DNA of 64,000 nucleotides, taken from an uncultured Bacteroidales bacterium. Its GTDB lineage: Bacteria; Bacteroidota; Bacteroidia; Bacteroidales; UBA12077. The notes under the pieces were generated by a model, which worked only from the letters and a program-made list of their open reading frames with translations, had not been told where the DNA came from and searched no databases. Position numbers and translations under genes: made by a program. This document shows positions 1 to 9,643 of this stretch, piece after piece (within the stretch, counting starts at the first letter, position 1; the number at the start of each line of letters is the position of its first letter). Location: contig CAZPDP010000001.1 of assembly GCA_964585385.1 (NCBI GenBank), positions 123,839 through 187,838 on the forward strand. Direction: 5' to 3'.

Positions 1-242
1 GGCCTGTCACGGTTCTGTTTCTTTTCTATCTTATTAAATTTTCAGATTATAAATTTGCCACTTTTCTTGACACCATTTTTGAATTAAAGCTATTTAGCAA
101 ATTTCTTAGCATATCTGTTTATCCTAATTTGTTGATTTTCTTCATTTTTATATGGCGAAATTTGCTTTATTCAGCCCGTGGGGTTTTGATGGCCACCATA
201 ATTCTTGCCATATTTGTATTTATTTATAAGCATTCGGTTTAA
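1..242 (+). CDS. 3' end of a membrane-protein gene (partial, runs off the window start)
   Basis: The frame is open from nt 3 to TAA at 240-242 (80 codons). It is absent from the ORF track because no start codon lies in the window. The tail is hydrophobic (...LIFFIFIWRNLLYSARGVLMATIILAIFVFIYKHSV*). Confidence 0.35.
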   Translation, partial: PVTVLFLFYLIKFSDYKFATFLDTIFELKLFSKFLSISVYPNLLIFFIFIWRNLLYSARGVLMATIILAIFVFIYKHSV

Positions 243-253
243 TCTCTAAAAAT

Positions 254-1393
254 ATGAAGTACTATCTTATTGCCGGCGAAGCTTCAGGAGATCTACACGG
301 TTCTAATTTAATGAAGGGCCTGAAAAAAGTAGATCCCAATACGGACTTCCGTTTCTGGGGTGGAGATAAGATGGCAGAACAGGGAGGCGCATTGGTAAAG
401 CACTACAAAGACCACAACATAATGGGCTTTTGGGAAGTGCTAGTGAATATCAGAAAAATCAGTAAAAATTTTCGTGATTGCAGGAAGGATTTGATTGAAT
501 ATAATCCTGATGTTTTAATACTTATTGATTATCCGGGATTTAATCTTCGAATGGCCAAATTTGCCAAACAACAAGGCATAAAAGTTTTTTATTATATATC
601 GCCAAAAATATGGGCATGGAAGGAATCACGAATAAAGATGATCAAAGCCTATGTAGACAGGATGTTTATTATTTTTCCGTTTGAGAAAGATTTCTACAAT
701 AAACACAATTATAAAGCAGAATTTCATGGTAATCCACTTATTGATGCGATTGACGAGAAATATGAGGAAGGAGATAGTTTTGAAGATTTTATTAAAAACA
801 ATGAATTAGAACAAAAGCCTATCGTTGCAGTTTTGCCTGGAAGCAGAAAACAGGAAATTGAAAGGAATTTATCTGTTATGCTTGCGGTCATAACTGATTT
901 TCCTGATTATCAATTTATAATTGCCGGCCTTCCTTCCATAGATGCAGATTTTTACAAAAAATACACGCAATCTCAAACAAATCTCCATATTGTCTTTGAT
1001 AAAACCTATGACCTGCTCAGAAATTCTTCCGCAGCTATTATTACCTCCGGTACAGCAACTCTGGAGGCAGCTTTATTTAATGTTCCTCTTGTTGTATGTT
1101 ATAAAGCCAATAATATCTCTTACCATGTAGCCAAACATTTCATAAAAGTCAGATACATTTCACTTGTGAACCTTAATATGAATGAAGAAGTGGTAAAGGA
1201 GTTGATTCAGAATGACATGAACAAAGAATCGATTAAAAGTGAATTGAACCGTCTTTTAAATGATACCAATTACAGAAACCGTATGATTGAAAAATTTCGT
1301 GAATTGAGACAAAACCTGGGTGATAAAGGAGCTTCAGTAAGAGTGGCGGAGGCTATGTATAAACTGCTTAAATCAAACAATAATAATAATTAG
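254..1393 (+). CDS. lpxB: Lipid-A-disaccharide synthase
   Basis: 379 aa. The N-terminus 'YLIAGEASGDLHG' and 'VLPGSRKQEI' are characteristic LpxB motifs, and the length is typical. Confidence 0.9.
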   Translation: MKYYLIAGEASGDLHGSNLMKGLKKVDPNTDFRFWGGDKMAEQGGALVKHYKDHNIMGFWEVLVNIRKISKNFRDCRKDLIEYNPDVLILIDYPGFNLRMAKFAKQQGIKVFYYISPKIWAWKESRIKMIKAYVDRMFIIFPFEKDFYNKHNYKAEFHGNPLIDAIDEKYEEGDSFEDFIKNNELEQKPIVAVLPGSRKQEIERNLSVMLAVITDFPDYQFIIAGLPSIDADFYKKYTQSQTNLHIVFDKTYDLLRNSSAAIITSGTATLEAALFNVPLVVCYKANNISYHVAKHFIKVRYISLVNLNMNEEVVKELIQNDMNKESIKSELNRLLNDTNYRNRMIEKFRELRQNLGDKGASVRVAEAMYKLLKSNNNNN

Positions 1394-1394
1394 T

Positions 1395-2126
1395 TTAATT
1401 GTTATAAGGAATTACTTTCCCACTAGATGCTGATTCAACTATAATATCTGCCGGATTACCAAGATAATAAACATTACCCATTGCGTGAGAAAGTACTTTT
1501 AATCTGTTTTGAACATTAACGTAAGAATTAGCAGTTGAATATTGATATATTCGGGTATTATATGATTTTAATTCTTTTGCATTATAATGAGCCGATCCAC
1601 CAGCGACTATAACTGATCGAGTTGTATTACCTTTTATAATATAATTTCCAAATCCTGTCAAAGGATTTCGAATTAAAAAATATGAAGATTTAATTAACAA
1701 ACTAACATCGTTAATGTCACCCCACAAATAAAAATAAATTCTATCATTTTTTAACGTATCAATAGTTCTTAATACTATTGGCTTTAAACTTTTAAATTCA
1801 TATAAAGAATCTAAATATATACAAAGCTTTGGTTTTTTATATTTTGAAAGTAGACTATAAGAATTGCTTGTTTTTACTAGTAAAGTGTCTTGATTAATGT
1901 CTACTTTAATTTGATTTATTTGAAAATTTGTAGCCTTGATTATAACTTCGCTTTTGTCTGAATTATAAATTTCTACTTCAAAGATGCCATCTAAATGAAT
2001 TGAATTAAAATTGCCCAAATTTGAGTAGCTTTTTTTTACCGTATTTTTATTATCTATATTATTGAACTCACTGCATGAAGTCAAAAATGTACTAGTAATT
2101 ATAATCAAGAAAAATAGTCTTTTCAT
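1395..2126 (-). CDS. Lipoprotein, possibly DUF2807 / GIN-domain (adhesin-head-like beta-helix)
   Basis: Signal peptide with lipobox 'FLTSC'. The body is repetitive and beta-rich, and the C-terminus 'GNVYYLGNPADIIVESASSGKVI' resembles DUF2807 termini. Confidence 0.45.
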   Translation of the reverse strand: MKRLFFLIIITSTFLTSCSEFNNIDNKNTVKKSYSNLGNFNSIHLDGIFEVEIYNSDKSEVIIKATNFQINQIKVDINQDTLLVKTSNSYSLLSKYKKPKLCIYLDSLYEFKSLKPIVLRTIDTLKNDRIYFYLWGDINDVSLLIKSSYFLIRNPLTGFGNYIIKGNTTRSVIVAGGSAHYNAKELKSYNTRIYQYSTANSYVNVQNRLKVLSHAMGNVYYLGNPADIIVESASSGKVIPYNN

Positions 2127-2134
2127 CGAATTTT

Positions 2135-3244
2135 TTATTTAATATAATACCCTAATCCAAATTCAATAAACTCTGCGTTGGCAGCATGTGATTTTAGAGT
2201 AACATTGAGAATGAATTGATTATTAAAATAATACTTAAGCCCAACTCGGTTGTAAAAATCATTTAACGATAATTGGTGTTTGTAAAAATAATGTCCCAAT
2301 TGCAAAGTTAAGGCCAGATCTCCTACAAAAAAATCATGGGAGAGGTGGGCTCCAAAATTGTAAGGGCTTACTTCCTCCTGCATTTTTTCCGGATCAAGTC
2401 TTATCCTTATTTTTTTTGATTCATCATAAAATCCGTCTATTCCAATCCCATATTGTCCCCAGTGGGCGTATCTTCTTTCAAAACTCAAATTTAACGATGA
2501 GATGTAGAATTTCCCTTCAACGAATCTGCTGTGCTCTTTAATGCCATGTGACGAGATAACCGAAAGCCTGTTTTTATTTTTTACTGATGGTATATCATAG
2601 GCTTCTTCAGGGGAGGTGGGATTGTTAATCTTGTATCTTATGCCTAAAGAGCTTGTAATGGTATTAATTCCCAGGTTTGGACTTTTGATTTTTCCGTTTG
2701 AAAAGTGCGAGAAACCCACAGCTCCGAATAAATTGGTGTGATTTGTAATCTTTACATCTGTATTAAACATCAGGTTAAAGTAAATACTCGGATTTGTACT
2801 TATTGCGATGTTCTGGTAATTTTCATATAGTTCAAAGGTTTCGGTTATGTAAGAGAGTCCAAATGATATACGGTAATTAAACTGGATTTTTTCATTGATT
2901 GTCAAAAAAGGGGCTTCGAAAAACGGATAGATGGAATATGCGTTTCCGAATACCTCTTTATTTCCCAGGGTGGAAAAATTAAATCCCACTCCTAAACGGG
3001 GTTGGTGATAGACTTTCTGCCATAATTTTTCGCCATTTGTTTCCTTATAAACATGAATTGAAAATGATTTAACAAAATCTTTGGTCAGGTATTCTATACT
3101 TTCTGTATGGGGCATAACAATTCCATCATTGTATGTTCCTTCAATTCCGTCAATGCCAGACCAGTTCTTTCCTTCGGGGTTCTGCCCACACACAGAAGTC
3201 CAGTTAAGTATAATAATGAATACTATTTTTAGTTTTCTTACCAT
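2135..3244 (-). CDS. PagL-like acyloxyacyl hydrolase / lipid A deacylase family outer-membrane protein
   Basis: Start moved to the internal ATG at 3244 ('MVRKLKIVFIIILNWTSVCGQ' signal peptide). The longer ORF to 3445 overlaps the gldF start. It has an 'HFSNGKIKSPNLGIN' His-x-Ser-Asn-Gly motif as in PagL-type deacylases and a beta-barrel-like C-terminus '...FGLGYYIK'. Confidence 0.5.
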   Translation of the reverse strand: MVRKLKIVFIIILNWTSVCGQNPEGKNWSGIDGIEGTYNDGIVMPHTESIEYLTKDFVKSFSIHVYKETNGEKLWQKVYHQPRLGVGFNFSTLGNKEVFGNAYSIYPFFEAPFLTINEKIQFNYRISFGLSYITETFELYENYQNIAISTNPSIYFNLMFNTDVKITNHTNLFGAVGFSHFSNGKIKSPNLGINTITSSLGIRYKINNPTSPEEAYDIPSVKNKNRLSVISSHGIKEHSRFVEGKFYISSLNLSFERRYAHWGQYGIGIDGFYDESKKIRIRLDPEKMQEEVSPYNFGAHLSHDFFVGDLALTLQLGHYFYKHQLSLNDFYNRVGLKYYFNNQFILNVTLKSHAANAEFIEFGLGYYIK

Positions 3245-3435
3245 TAAGTTCTTGCTATTTTGGTAGCATAAAATTACAATTTCTTTTGATTTAATCTCAT
3301 AACGAAAGAACACTAATTGCAATGAATAATTTTTTCTTTTATAAGAGTTTGTTAAATCTGTTGGTTTAACTGTTAAATCATGTTTTTTATGCTGCAGGAA
3401 AAACATTAATTTTGTCCTACCAAAAACCGTTTCGG

Positions 3436-4164
3436 ATGATAACATTATTGAAAAAAGAAATTAATGAATTTTTTAGCTCCATTACAGGTTATATTGTATT
3501 AACTGTATTTTTACTTGCTACAGGTTTGTTTATGTGGGTATTCCCGGGACAATATAACGTGATGGACAGTGGTTATGCAACCTTAAATACTTTATTTACC
3601 CTGGCACCATGGATATTTCTGTTTTTGGTTCCTGCCGTAACAATGAGGATGATAGCCGATGAAAAGAAATCGGGAACTATGGAATTATTACTCACAAGAC
3701 CAATAACCGATATGCAAATAGTGACTGCCAAATACTTTTCCGCCATTATTTTGGTTCTTCTGGCTCTTATTCCTACCTTGATTTATTTTTTCAGTGTCTA
3801 TTATCTGGGTAATCCTCAAGGTAGCATAGATGTGGGTGGAACCACGGGGTCCTATATTGGCCTGTTTTTTCTCGCTGCAATATATTCTGCAATAGGTGTG
3901 TTTGCTTCATCACTCACCAACAATCAGATTATTGCCTTTATTATTGCTGTCATCATCAGCTTTTTCTTTTACATGGGGTTTGATTTTCTTGGTTCAATGA
4001 CTATCTTTTCTTCGATTGATACATTCATAATTGACCTGGGAATCAATTCACATTATAAATCTATGAGCCGGGGAGTGATTGATACTCGCGATATCATCTA
4101 TTTCGTGAGCGTTGTTGTTGTATTTCTTTATTTAACCAAATCTATAGTTCAAAGCAGAAAGTAA
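3436..4164 (+). CDS. gldF: Gliding-motility-associated ABC-2 permease GldF
   Basis: Polytopic ABC-2 permease starting 'MITLLKKEINEFFSSITGYIV'. It sits immediately upstream of a GldG-like gene. The ATG at 3436 is preferred over the TTG at 3412. Confidence 0.7.
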   Translation: MITLLKKEINEFFSSITGYIVLTVFLLATGLFMWVFPGQYNVMDSGYATLNTLFTLAPWIFLFLVPAVTMRMIADEKKSGTMELLLTRPITDMQIVTAKYFSAIILVLLALIPTLIYFFSVYYLGNPQGSIDVGGTTGSYIGLFFLAAIYSAIGVFASSLTNNQIIAFIIAVIISFFFYMGFDFLGSMTIFSSIDTFIIDLGINSHYKSMSRGVIDTRDIIYFVSVVVVFLYLTKSIVQSRK

Positions 4165-4176
4165 ATCATAAACACT

Positions 4177-5877
4177 ATGTATAAATACAGAAAATCAATT
4201 TTGCAGTTTTTGTTTTTATTGGTGATTATTTTAATTGTTAACTTCATTTCTTCCCGTGCTTTTTATCGAATTGACCTTACATCTGATAAACGATATACCC
4301 TGAAAGAAACAACAAAAGAAATCCTAAAAGACCTTGATGAAACCGTTTATTTTAAAATTTACCTTGAAGGTGATCTTCCTGTTGGTTTAAAGCGTATGCA
4401 GAAAAGAATAAAGGAAACCCTTGATGAGTTTCGAGTATATGCTGGTGAATATGTGCAGTACAAATTTATTAATCCTTCTGATGCTGAAAACAGGCAGGAA
4501 AGGCAAGCTATGTATGAAGAGTTGCGACAAAAAGGCCTCAGGCCAACAAATATAAAAAGAAGGGATGAAGAAGGAGGGTATGCACAGAAAATAATATTCC
4601 CCGGAGCCGTTGTGAACCATGGAGAGAAGCAAGCTGTGTTAAATATGCTGAAAAACAACCCGGGTCTCTCGGCTGAAGTAAATCTGAATCACTCAATACA
4701 GGCACTTGAATACGGTCTGATTGATGCAATTTATAAACTTACTATAGAAGAAAAAAAGCACATTGCTTTTATTACCGGACATGGTGAACTTAATGAATAT
4801 GAAGTAGGCGACCTGACCAATTCTTTACAAAATTATTACAAAGTGAATCGAATCAATCTGAATAATGATAAAATTGATTTACAGAGCTTTGAGACGCTTA
4901 TAGTTGCCAAACCCAGAAAAGCTTTTGACAAAAACGAAAAATACCTTCTTGATCAATATTTAATGCGCGGAGGAAAAATAATTTGGTTCTATGAGCCTGT
5001 TCAGATTGATATGGATAGTATTGCTCAGGGGAATCCATCCGTGGCAAGGGTAGACCAGCTGAATTTGCATGATCAGCTCTTCAAATATGGAATTCGCGTT
5101 AACCCGAATCTGATAAAAGACCTTCAGAGTGCAATTATTCCTGTGAATACGGCATTAGAAGGCGATAAACCCAGATTTGCACCTACACCCTGGTTGTATT
5201 TTCCTCTTTTGTCTTCTTTAAACAATCATCCGATTAATAAAAATCTGAACATGATTCGTTCAGAATTTTCCAGTACAATAGATACTCTGCCTGCTTATCC
5301 GGGAATGAAAAAGACAGTTCTGCTTGCTTCATCACAAAATACACAGGTAGTTCAGGCACCGGCGATGGTTAGTTTGAGGGAAGTGGAGGAAAAAGTAAAT
5401 CCACGTGCCTATAACCAGGGCAGGAAGATTATCGGAGTTTTGCTTGAAGGTAGGTTTCAATCGGTTTTTAAAAACAGATTTGTTTCTGATCTTGAAAATC
5501 ATACAAACCTTAATTACCAGGAAGTGAGCGAAGAGACACAACAAATTATACTTTCTGATGGGGACCTTATACGAAATGAAGTAAATCACCGTGCTGACGG
5601 TGTTTATATTTCACCTCTCGGATATGATAAATATACCCAGCAGACTTATGGCAACAAAAACTTTGCTGTTAATTGTGTTCACTTTCTTGCAGACAAGGAA
5701 GGTTTGATAAATATAAGAGGCAAAGAAATTAAGCTACGGTTGCTGGATAAAGCAAAAATACGAAATGAGCGTGTTAAATGGCAGTTGATAAATGTTCTGA
5801 TACCCATTTTACTGATTCTTTTATTTGGGTTGTTAAAAAATATCCTCAGAAGAAGGAAGTATGTTAAAATTGATTAA
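4177..5877 (+). CDS. gldG: Gliding-associated ABC transporter auxiliary component GldG
   Basis: 566 aa with N- and C-terminal TM anchors flanking a large periplasmic domain. Its position after gldF matches the canonical gldF-gldG pair. Confidence 0.7.
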   Translation: MYKYRKSILQFLFLLVIILIVNFISSRAFYRIDLTSDKRYTLKETTKEILKDLDETVYFKIYLEGDLPVGLKRMQKRIKETLDEFRVYAGEYVQYKFINPSDAENRQERQAMYEELRQKGLRPTNIKRRDEEGGYAQKIIFPGAVVNHGEKQAVLNMLKNNPGLSAEVNLNHSIQALEYGLIDAIYKLTIEEKKHIAFITGHGELNEYEVGDLTNSLQNYYKVNRINLNNDKIDLQSFETLIVAKPRKAFDKNEKYLLDQYLMRGGKIIWFYEPVQIDMDSIAQGNPSVARVDQLNLHDQLFKYGIRVNPNLIKDLQSAIIPVNTALEGDKPRFAPTPWLYFPLLSSLNNHPINKNLNMIRSEFSSTIDTLPAYPGMKKTVLLASSQNTQVVQAPAMVSLREVEEKVNPRAYNQGRKIIGVLLEGRFQSVFKNRFVSDLENHTNLNYQEVSEETQQIILSDGDLIRNEVNHRADGVYISPLGYDKYTQQTYGNKNFAVNCVHFLADKEGLINIRGKEIKLRLLDKAKIRNERVKWQLINVLIPILLILLFGLLKNILRRRKYVKID

Positions 5878-5915
5878 AAATGGAACACATTCTTTCGCTT
5901 AAAATTTAGCGCATA

Positions 5916-6917
5916 ATGACTAAAGAAAAGAAAACCACCCTCTATATTCTGACAATAATAGCATTGCTGATTGTTGCCGTTCTGTTGTATTTAAAAGACG
6001 AAAAGAGCACACTTGATCCAGCTCTTTCTGATTTTGCTCTTGATGAAAAGGATGCTCCCGATTCTGTTGTTCTCAGGCAGGATACTATTGAAACTGTTCT
6101 GTCCCTGAAAAAGGGGAGATGGTTTCTTAATGGTAATTTTTCAGCCCGTGAGCAAGCGGTAGAACGTTTTTTTAATGTCTTGCAAAACCTGAAAGTGGAA
6201 TCTCCCGCTTCTGAATCGGCTAAAGAAACAGTTATTGAGCTTCTTAAGGAGAATCCTGTACATGTGAAAATATTTGAAGAAGGAAAAAAGATCAAGGATT
6301 ATCTGGTTGAGGATAGTAAATACAAGAATGGTATAACCTATATGATGATAACGGGCAGGGATGAACCTTTTCTTATGAACCTGCCCGGGCATGATGGGGA
6401 TATTGCTTTGCTTTACAGAGTTGACCCCAATTATTGGAGGAATAAAGTGCTTTTTAATTATTCAGGAGTGGATATTTCCCGGATTAAGATTTACTATCCG
6501 GAAAAACCTGAAAAATCATTTATTCTTGACTATAATAAAAAAGACAAGTTTGTTCTGAAAAGTTATAAAAATAAAAAAGAAAGAGAGGGTGTGGATGTAT
6601 CTCAGTCAGCCAGATATTTGAGCTACTTCTCCAATATCCGCTTTGAATCTGTTATCAAAGATGCAAGATTATATGATTCATTGAGAAATTCAACACCTTA
6701 TTGTGAAATTGAAGTAAAGGATATTCATGGCAGACAAAAAAAACTGGTAACCTACAGAAAATTAGCTGATGGACAGAAAGATGCTTTTGGGCAGGAAAGC
6801 TATTATGATTTAAATTATCTGTACGGAATTTATGATAACTTTGGTGAAATTCTGTTAATAAAATATACAGAAATTGACCCTCTGTTTAAAGAAATTGATT
6901 ATTTTCGGGTTGAATAA
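5916..6917 (+). CDS. DUF4340-like membrane-anchored protein (usual gldG neighbour)
   Basis: 333 aa with a single N-terminal TM helix. Its position directly after gldG matches what I recall for DUF4340 proteins. No catalytic motif is visible. Confidence 0.45.
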   Translation: MTKEKKTTLYILTIIALLIVAVLLYLKDEKSTLDPALSDFALDEKDAPDSVVLRQDTIETVLSLKKGRWFLNGNFSAREQAVERFFNVLQNLKVESPASESAKETVIELLKENPVHVKIFEEGKKIKDYLVEDSKYKNGITYMMITGRDEPFLMNLPGHDGDIALLYRVDPNYWRNKVLFNYSGVDISRIKIYYPEKPEKSFILDYNKKDKFVLKSYKNKKEREGVDVSQSARYLSYFSNIRFESVIKDARLYDSLRNSTPYCEIEVKDIHGRQKKLVTYRKLADGQKDAFGQESYYDLNYLYGIYDNFGEILLIKYTEIDPLFKEIDYFRVE

Positions 6918-7006
6918 TATATTGCAAAACAAGTTCCTTAATTTATTGATTTTGGATGTTTTGAAAGGATTATGGAATAGTAAAAATTAATTAAAAAATA
7001 AAAAAG

Positions 7007-8152
7007 ATGAAATTTGTAATTTCAAGTACCGAATTATTGAATCATTTACAGCTTATAGGAAAAGTTATCAGCCAAAAAAACACTTTGCCCATTCTGGATA
7101 ATTTTTTATTTGACTTAGCTGATAACGAACTGAAGATTACCGCTTCCGATCTTGAAACTACCTTGATTACAACAATTAATCTGGAGAATGTAACCGATGA
7201 AGGGAAAGTTGCTGTTCCTGCGAGAATACTCATGGACATCCTAAAGGAATTTCCGGAGCAACCGCTCACATTTGATATTAATTTGGAAAGCCTTCAGATT
7301 GTGCTAAACTCTGAAAATGGTAAGTATAAAATAAATGGACAAAATGCTGAAGATTTTCCTCAAATTCCTGAAATTAAAAAGGAACAGGAAAGTCATCTTC
7401 AGGTCTCATCAGAAGCCCTTCATAAAGGTATTGCAAAGTCAATATTTGCAACAGCAGACGATGAACTGAGACCCGTTATGAATGGAATATATGTTGAGCT
7501 TGAAGAGGATAACGTTACTTTTGTGGCAACAGATGCTCACAAACTGGTTAGATACCGCAGAAATGATATTAAACCGGAGCAGGAAGGTTCTTTCATTTTC
7601 CCAAAGAAGCCTGCTTCTTTACTCAGAAATATCCTTGCTAAAGAAGAAAACCAGGTAGATATCCGTTTTGACGATAAAAATGTTCAATTTACACTTCCCA
7701 GCTACAAAATTATTTCAAGGTTAACAGAAGGAAATTATCCCAGCTATAATTCTGTAATACCAAAAGATAACCCTTATAAGCTAACCATTGACAGATTGAA
7801 TTTCTATAATACAATAAAACGTGTTTCGGTATTTTCAAATCAGGCAAGTAATCTTGTAAAACTTTCACTTAAGGGGAACCAGGTAATTGTATCTGCCCAG
7901 GATATTGACTTTTCAGTCTCTGGTCATGAAACCCTTAACTGCCAGTATGAAGGAGAGGATATGGATATAGGATTCAAATCTTCTTTCTTGCTGGAAATTT
8001 TATCAAATCTTAATGCAACTGAGGTTTTGGTTGAACTTTCTGATCCTTCCAGGGCAGGCCTCCTTTATCCTGCTGAAAAGGAAAATGATGACGAAGACGT
8101 TCTGATGCTGTTAATGCCTATGATGGTAGAATCGGAAACGGAAACAGAATAA
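7007..8152 (+). CDS. dnaN: DNA polymerase III beta sliding clamp
   Basis: 381 aa. 'MKFVISSTELLNHLQ...LPILDNFLF...ELKITASDLE' is a typical DnaN N-terminus, and the length fits three domains. Confidence 0.92.
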   Translation: MKFVISSTELLNHLQLIGKVISQKNTLPILDNFLFDLADNELKITASDLETTLITTINLENVTDEGKVAVPARILMDILKEFPEQPLTFDINLESLQIVLNSENGKYKINGQNAEDFPQIPEIKKEQESHLQVSSEALHKGIAKSIFATADDELRPVMNGIYVELEEDNVTFVATDAHKLVRYRRNDIKPEQEGSFIFPKKPASLLRNILAKEENQVDIRFDDKNVQFTLPSYKIISRLTEGNYPSYNSVIPKDNPYKLTIDRLNFYNTIKRVSVFSNQASNLVKLSLKGNQVIVSAQDIDFSVSGHETLNCQYEGEDMDIGFKSSFLLEILSNLNATEVLVELSDPSRAGLLYPAEKENDDEDVLMLLMPMMVESETETE

Positions 8153-8172
8153 AAATCAAATAAATAAGTTTT

Positions 8173-8209
8173 AAGAAAGAGTTCTGGAACGAACTCTTTC
8201 TTCTTTTTG
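8173..8209 (+). terminator. Rho-independent terminator after dnaN
   Basis: Perfect 12-bp stem AAGAAAGAGTTC / GAACTCTTTCTT followed by CTTTTTG. Confidence 0.65.
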
Positions 8210-8230
8210 AGTAACTAAATCAGAATTTTT

Positions 8231-8998
8231 ATGAAATTGAAACTGAATAAGCCATTGGTTTTCTTTGATCTGGAAACTACAGGCATGGACATTGCCAATG
8301 ACCGTATTGTTGAAATTGCTATGCTGAAGATTATGCCCAATGGAGACAAAGAGAGTAAGACAATGAAAGTGAATCCGGAAATGCCAATAGATCCAAAGGC
8401 TACAGAAGTACACGGAATCACAGATGAAGATATAAAGGATGCACCCACCTTTAACGAAATAGCTAAAAATGTGCAAAAGTTTATCGAAGGGTGCGATTTG
8501 GCCGGGTTCAACTCAAACCGATTTGACTTGCCCATCCTTGCTGAAGAATTTATTAGGGCCGATATCGATTATGATCTAAAAAAACAGCGATTCATTGATG
8601 TCCAGGTTATCTTCCATAAGATGGAAAAACGTACCCTAAGTGCGGCCTACAAGTTCTATTGCAATAAAGAGCTAATTAATGCCCACAGTGCAGAAGCCGA
8701 TACTGAAGCAACTTATGAAGTTCTGAAGGCCCAGTTGGACAAGTATGATGAACTGGAAAATGATATTACTAAATTATCTGAATTTTCTGCTCATAGCAGA
8801 TTTGTTGATTTTGCAGGAAGAATAATCTATAATAACAAAGGAGAGGAAGTATTTAATTTTGGGAAATACAAAGGTAGGTTAGTGGAAGATGTACTTAAAA
8901 AAGACCCTGGTTACTATGGCTGGATGATCAATAATGATTTCCCGCTTTATACCAAGAAAGTGCTGACAAATATTAAGTTACGTGCATTTAAACAATAG
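8231..8998 (+). CDS. DnaQ-like 3'-5' exonuclease with C-terminal 'GKYKG...W' module
   Basis: Exo I motif 'VFFDLETTG', Exo II 'GFNSNRFDLPIL' and Exo III 'HSAEADTEAT'. The C-terminal 'FGKYKGRLVEDVLKKDPGYYGWM' is an extra small domain. Confidence 0.75.
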   Translation: MKLKLNKPLVFFDLETTGMDIANDRIVEIAMLKIMPNGDKESKTMKVNPEMPIDPKATEVHGITDEDIKDAPTFNEIAKNVQKFIEGCDLAGFNSNRFDLPILAEEFIRADIDYDLKKQRFIDVQVIFHKMEKRTLSAAYKFYCNKELINAHSAEADTEATYEVLKAQLDKYDELENDITKLSEFSAHSRFVDFAGRIIYNNKGEEVFNFGKYKGRLVEDVLKKDPGYYGWMINNDFPLYTKKVLTNIKLRAFKQ

Positions 8999-9005
8999 CT
9001 GAAAA

Positions 9006-9617
9006 ATGAAAATCATCTGTATTGGCAGAAATTATGAAGATCATGCCAGAGAGTTCGGTAATAAAGTGCCTGAAAAACCCATTTTCTTTTTCAAACCTGA
9101 TACTTCCATAGTAAAAAGAAATCGTCCGTTTTTTTATCCGGATTTTTCTGAGGATATTCATTATGAGACTGAAATTGTATTGAAAATTAGTAGATTAGGT
9201 AAAAATATTGCTGAAAAATTTGCTCATAGATATTACGATGAATTAACGGTTGGTATTGATTTTACAGCCAGGGATTTACAGAAAAAGGCAAAAGAAAATG
9301 GTCAACCATGGGAGATTGCTAAAGGGTTTGAAGGATCAGCGCCTATAGGTAAGTTTTTGAAAAAGAAAAAGTTTGAAGATATTAATAATCTGAACTTTAA
9401 ATTGGAAAAGAATGGGGAAATTGTTCAGGAGGGTAACACCAAGGATCTGATTTTTAATTTTGACCAGTTAATTGCCTATGTTTCTCGTTTTGTTACCCTG
9501 AAAATGGGTGACCTTTTGTTTACCGGGACTCCGGCAGGGGTTGGTCCTGTTCAGATCAACGATAGATTGACGGCTTCAATTGAAGATAATGTTCTACTTG
9601 ATTTCTACGTGAAATAG
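9006..9617 (+). CDS. Fumarylacetoacetate hydrolase (FAH) family protein
   Basis: 203 aa. 'KIICIGRNYEDHA', 'PIFFFKP' and 'YETEIVLKI...GDLLFTGTPAGVG' match the FAH / HpcE-like pattern. Confidence 0.8.
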   Translation: MKIICIGRNYEDHAREFGNKVPEKPIFFFKPDTSIVKRNRPFFYPDFSEDIHYETEIVLKISRLGKNIAEKFAHRYYDELTVGIDFTARDLQKKAKENGQPWEIAKGFEGSAPIGKFLKKKKFEDINNLNFKLEKNGEIVQEGNTKDLIFNFDQLIAYVSRFVTLKMGDLLFTGTPAGVGPVQINDRLTASIEDNVLLDFYVK

Positions 9618-9643
9618 TTTATTATCTTCAAACAGATACTTCT

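Noticed and set aside
2135-3445. Long forms of three minus-strand ORFs (2135-3445, 22064-23767, 27607-28647) and of + strand ORFs 3412, 15328, 45699, 50042 and 52866
   Set aside because: The extensions precede obvious signal peptides or conserved N-termini, overlap neighbouring genes, or lie in a terminator loop (45699). Internal starts give family-typical lengths.
6918-8230. Replication origin near dnaN
   Set aside because: There is no dnaA gene adjacent. I found no cluster of TTATCCACA-like DnaA boxes in the flanking spacers, only an isolated near-match inside the HD-domain gene at about 9.95 kb.
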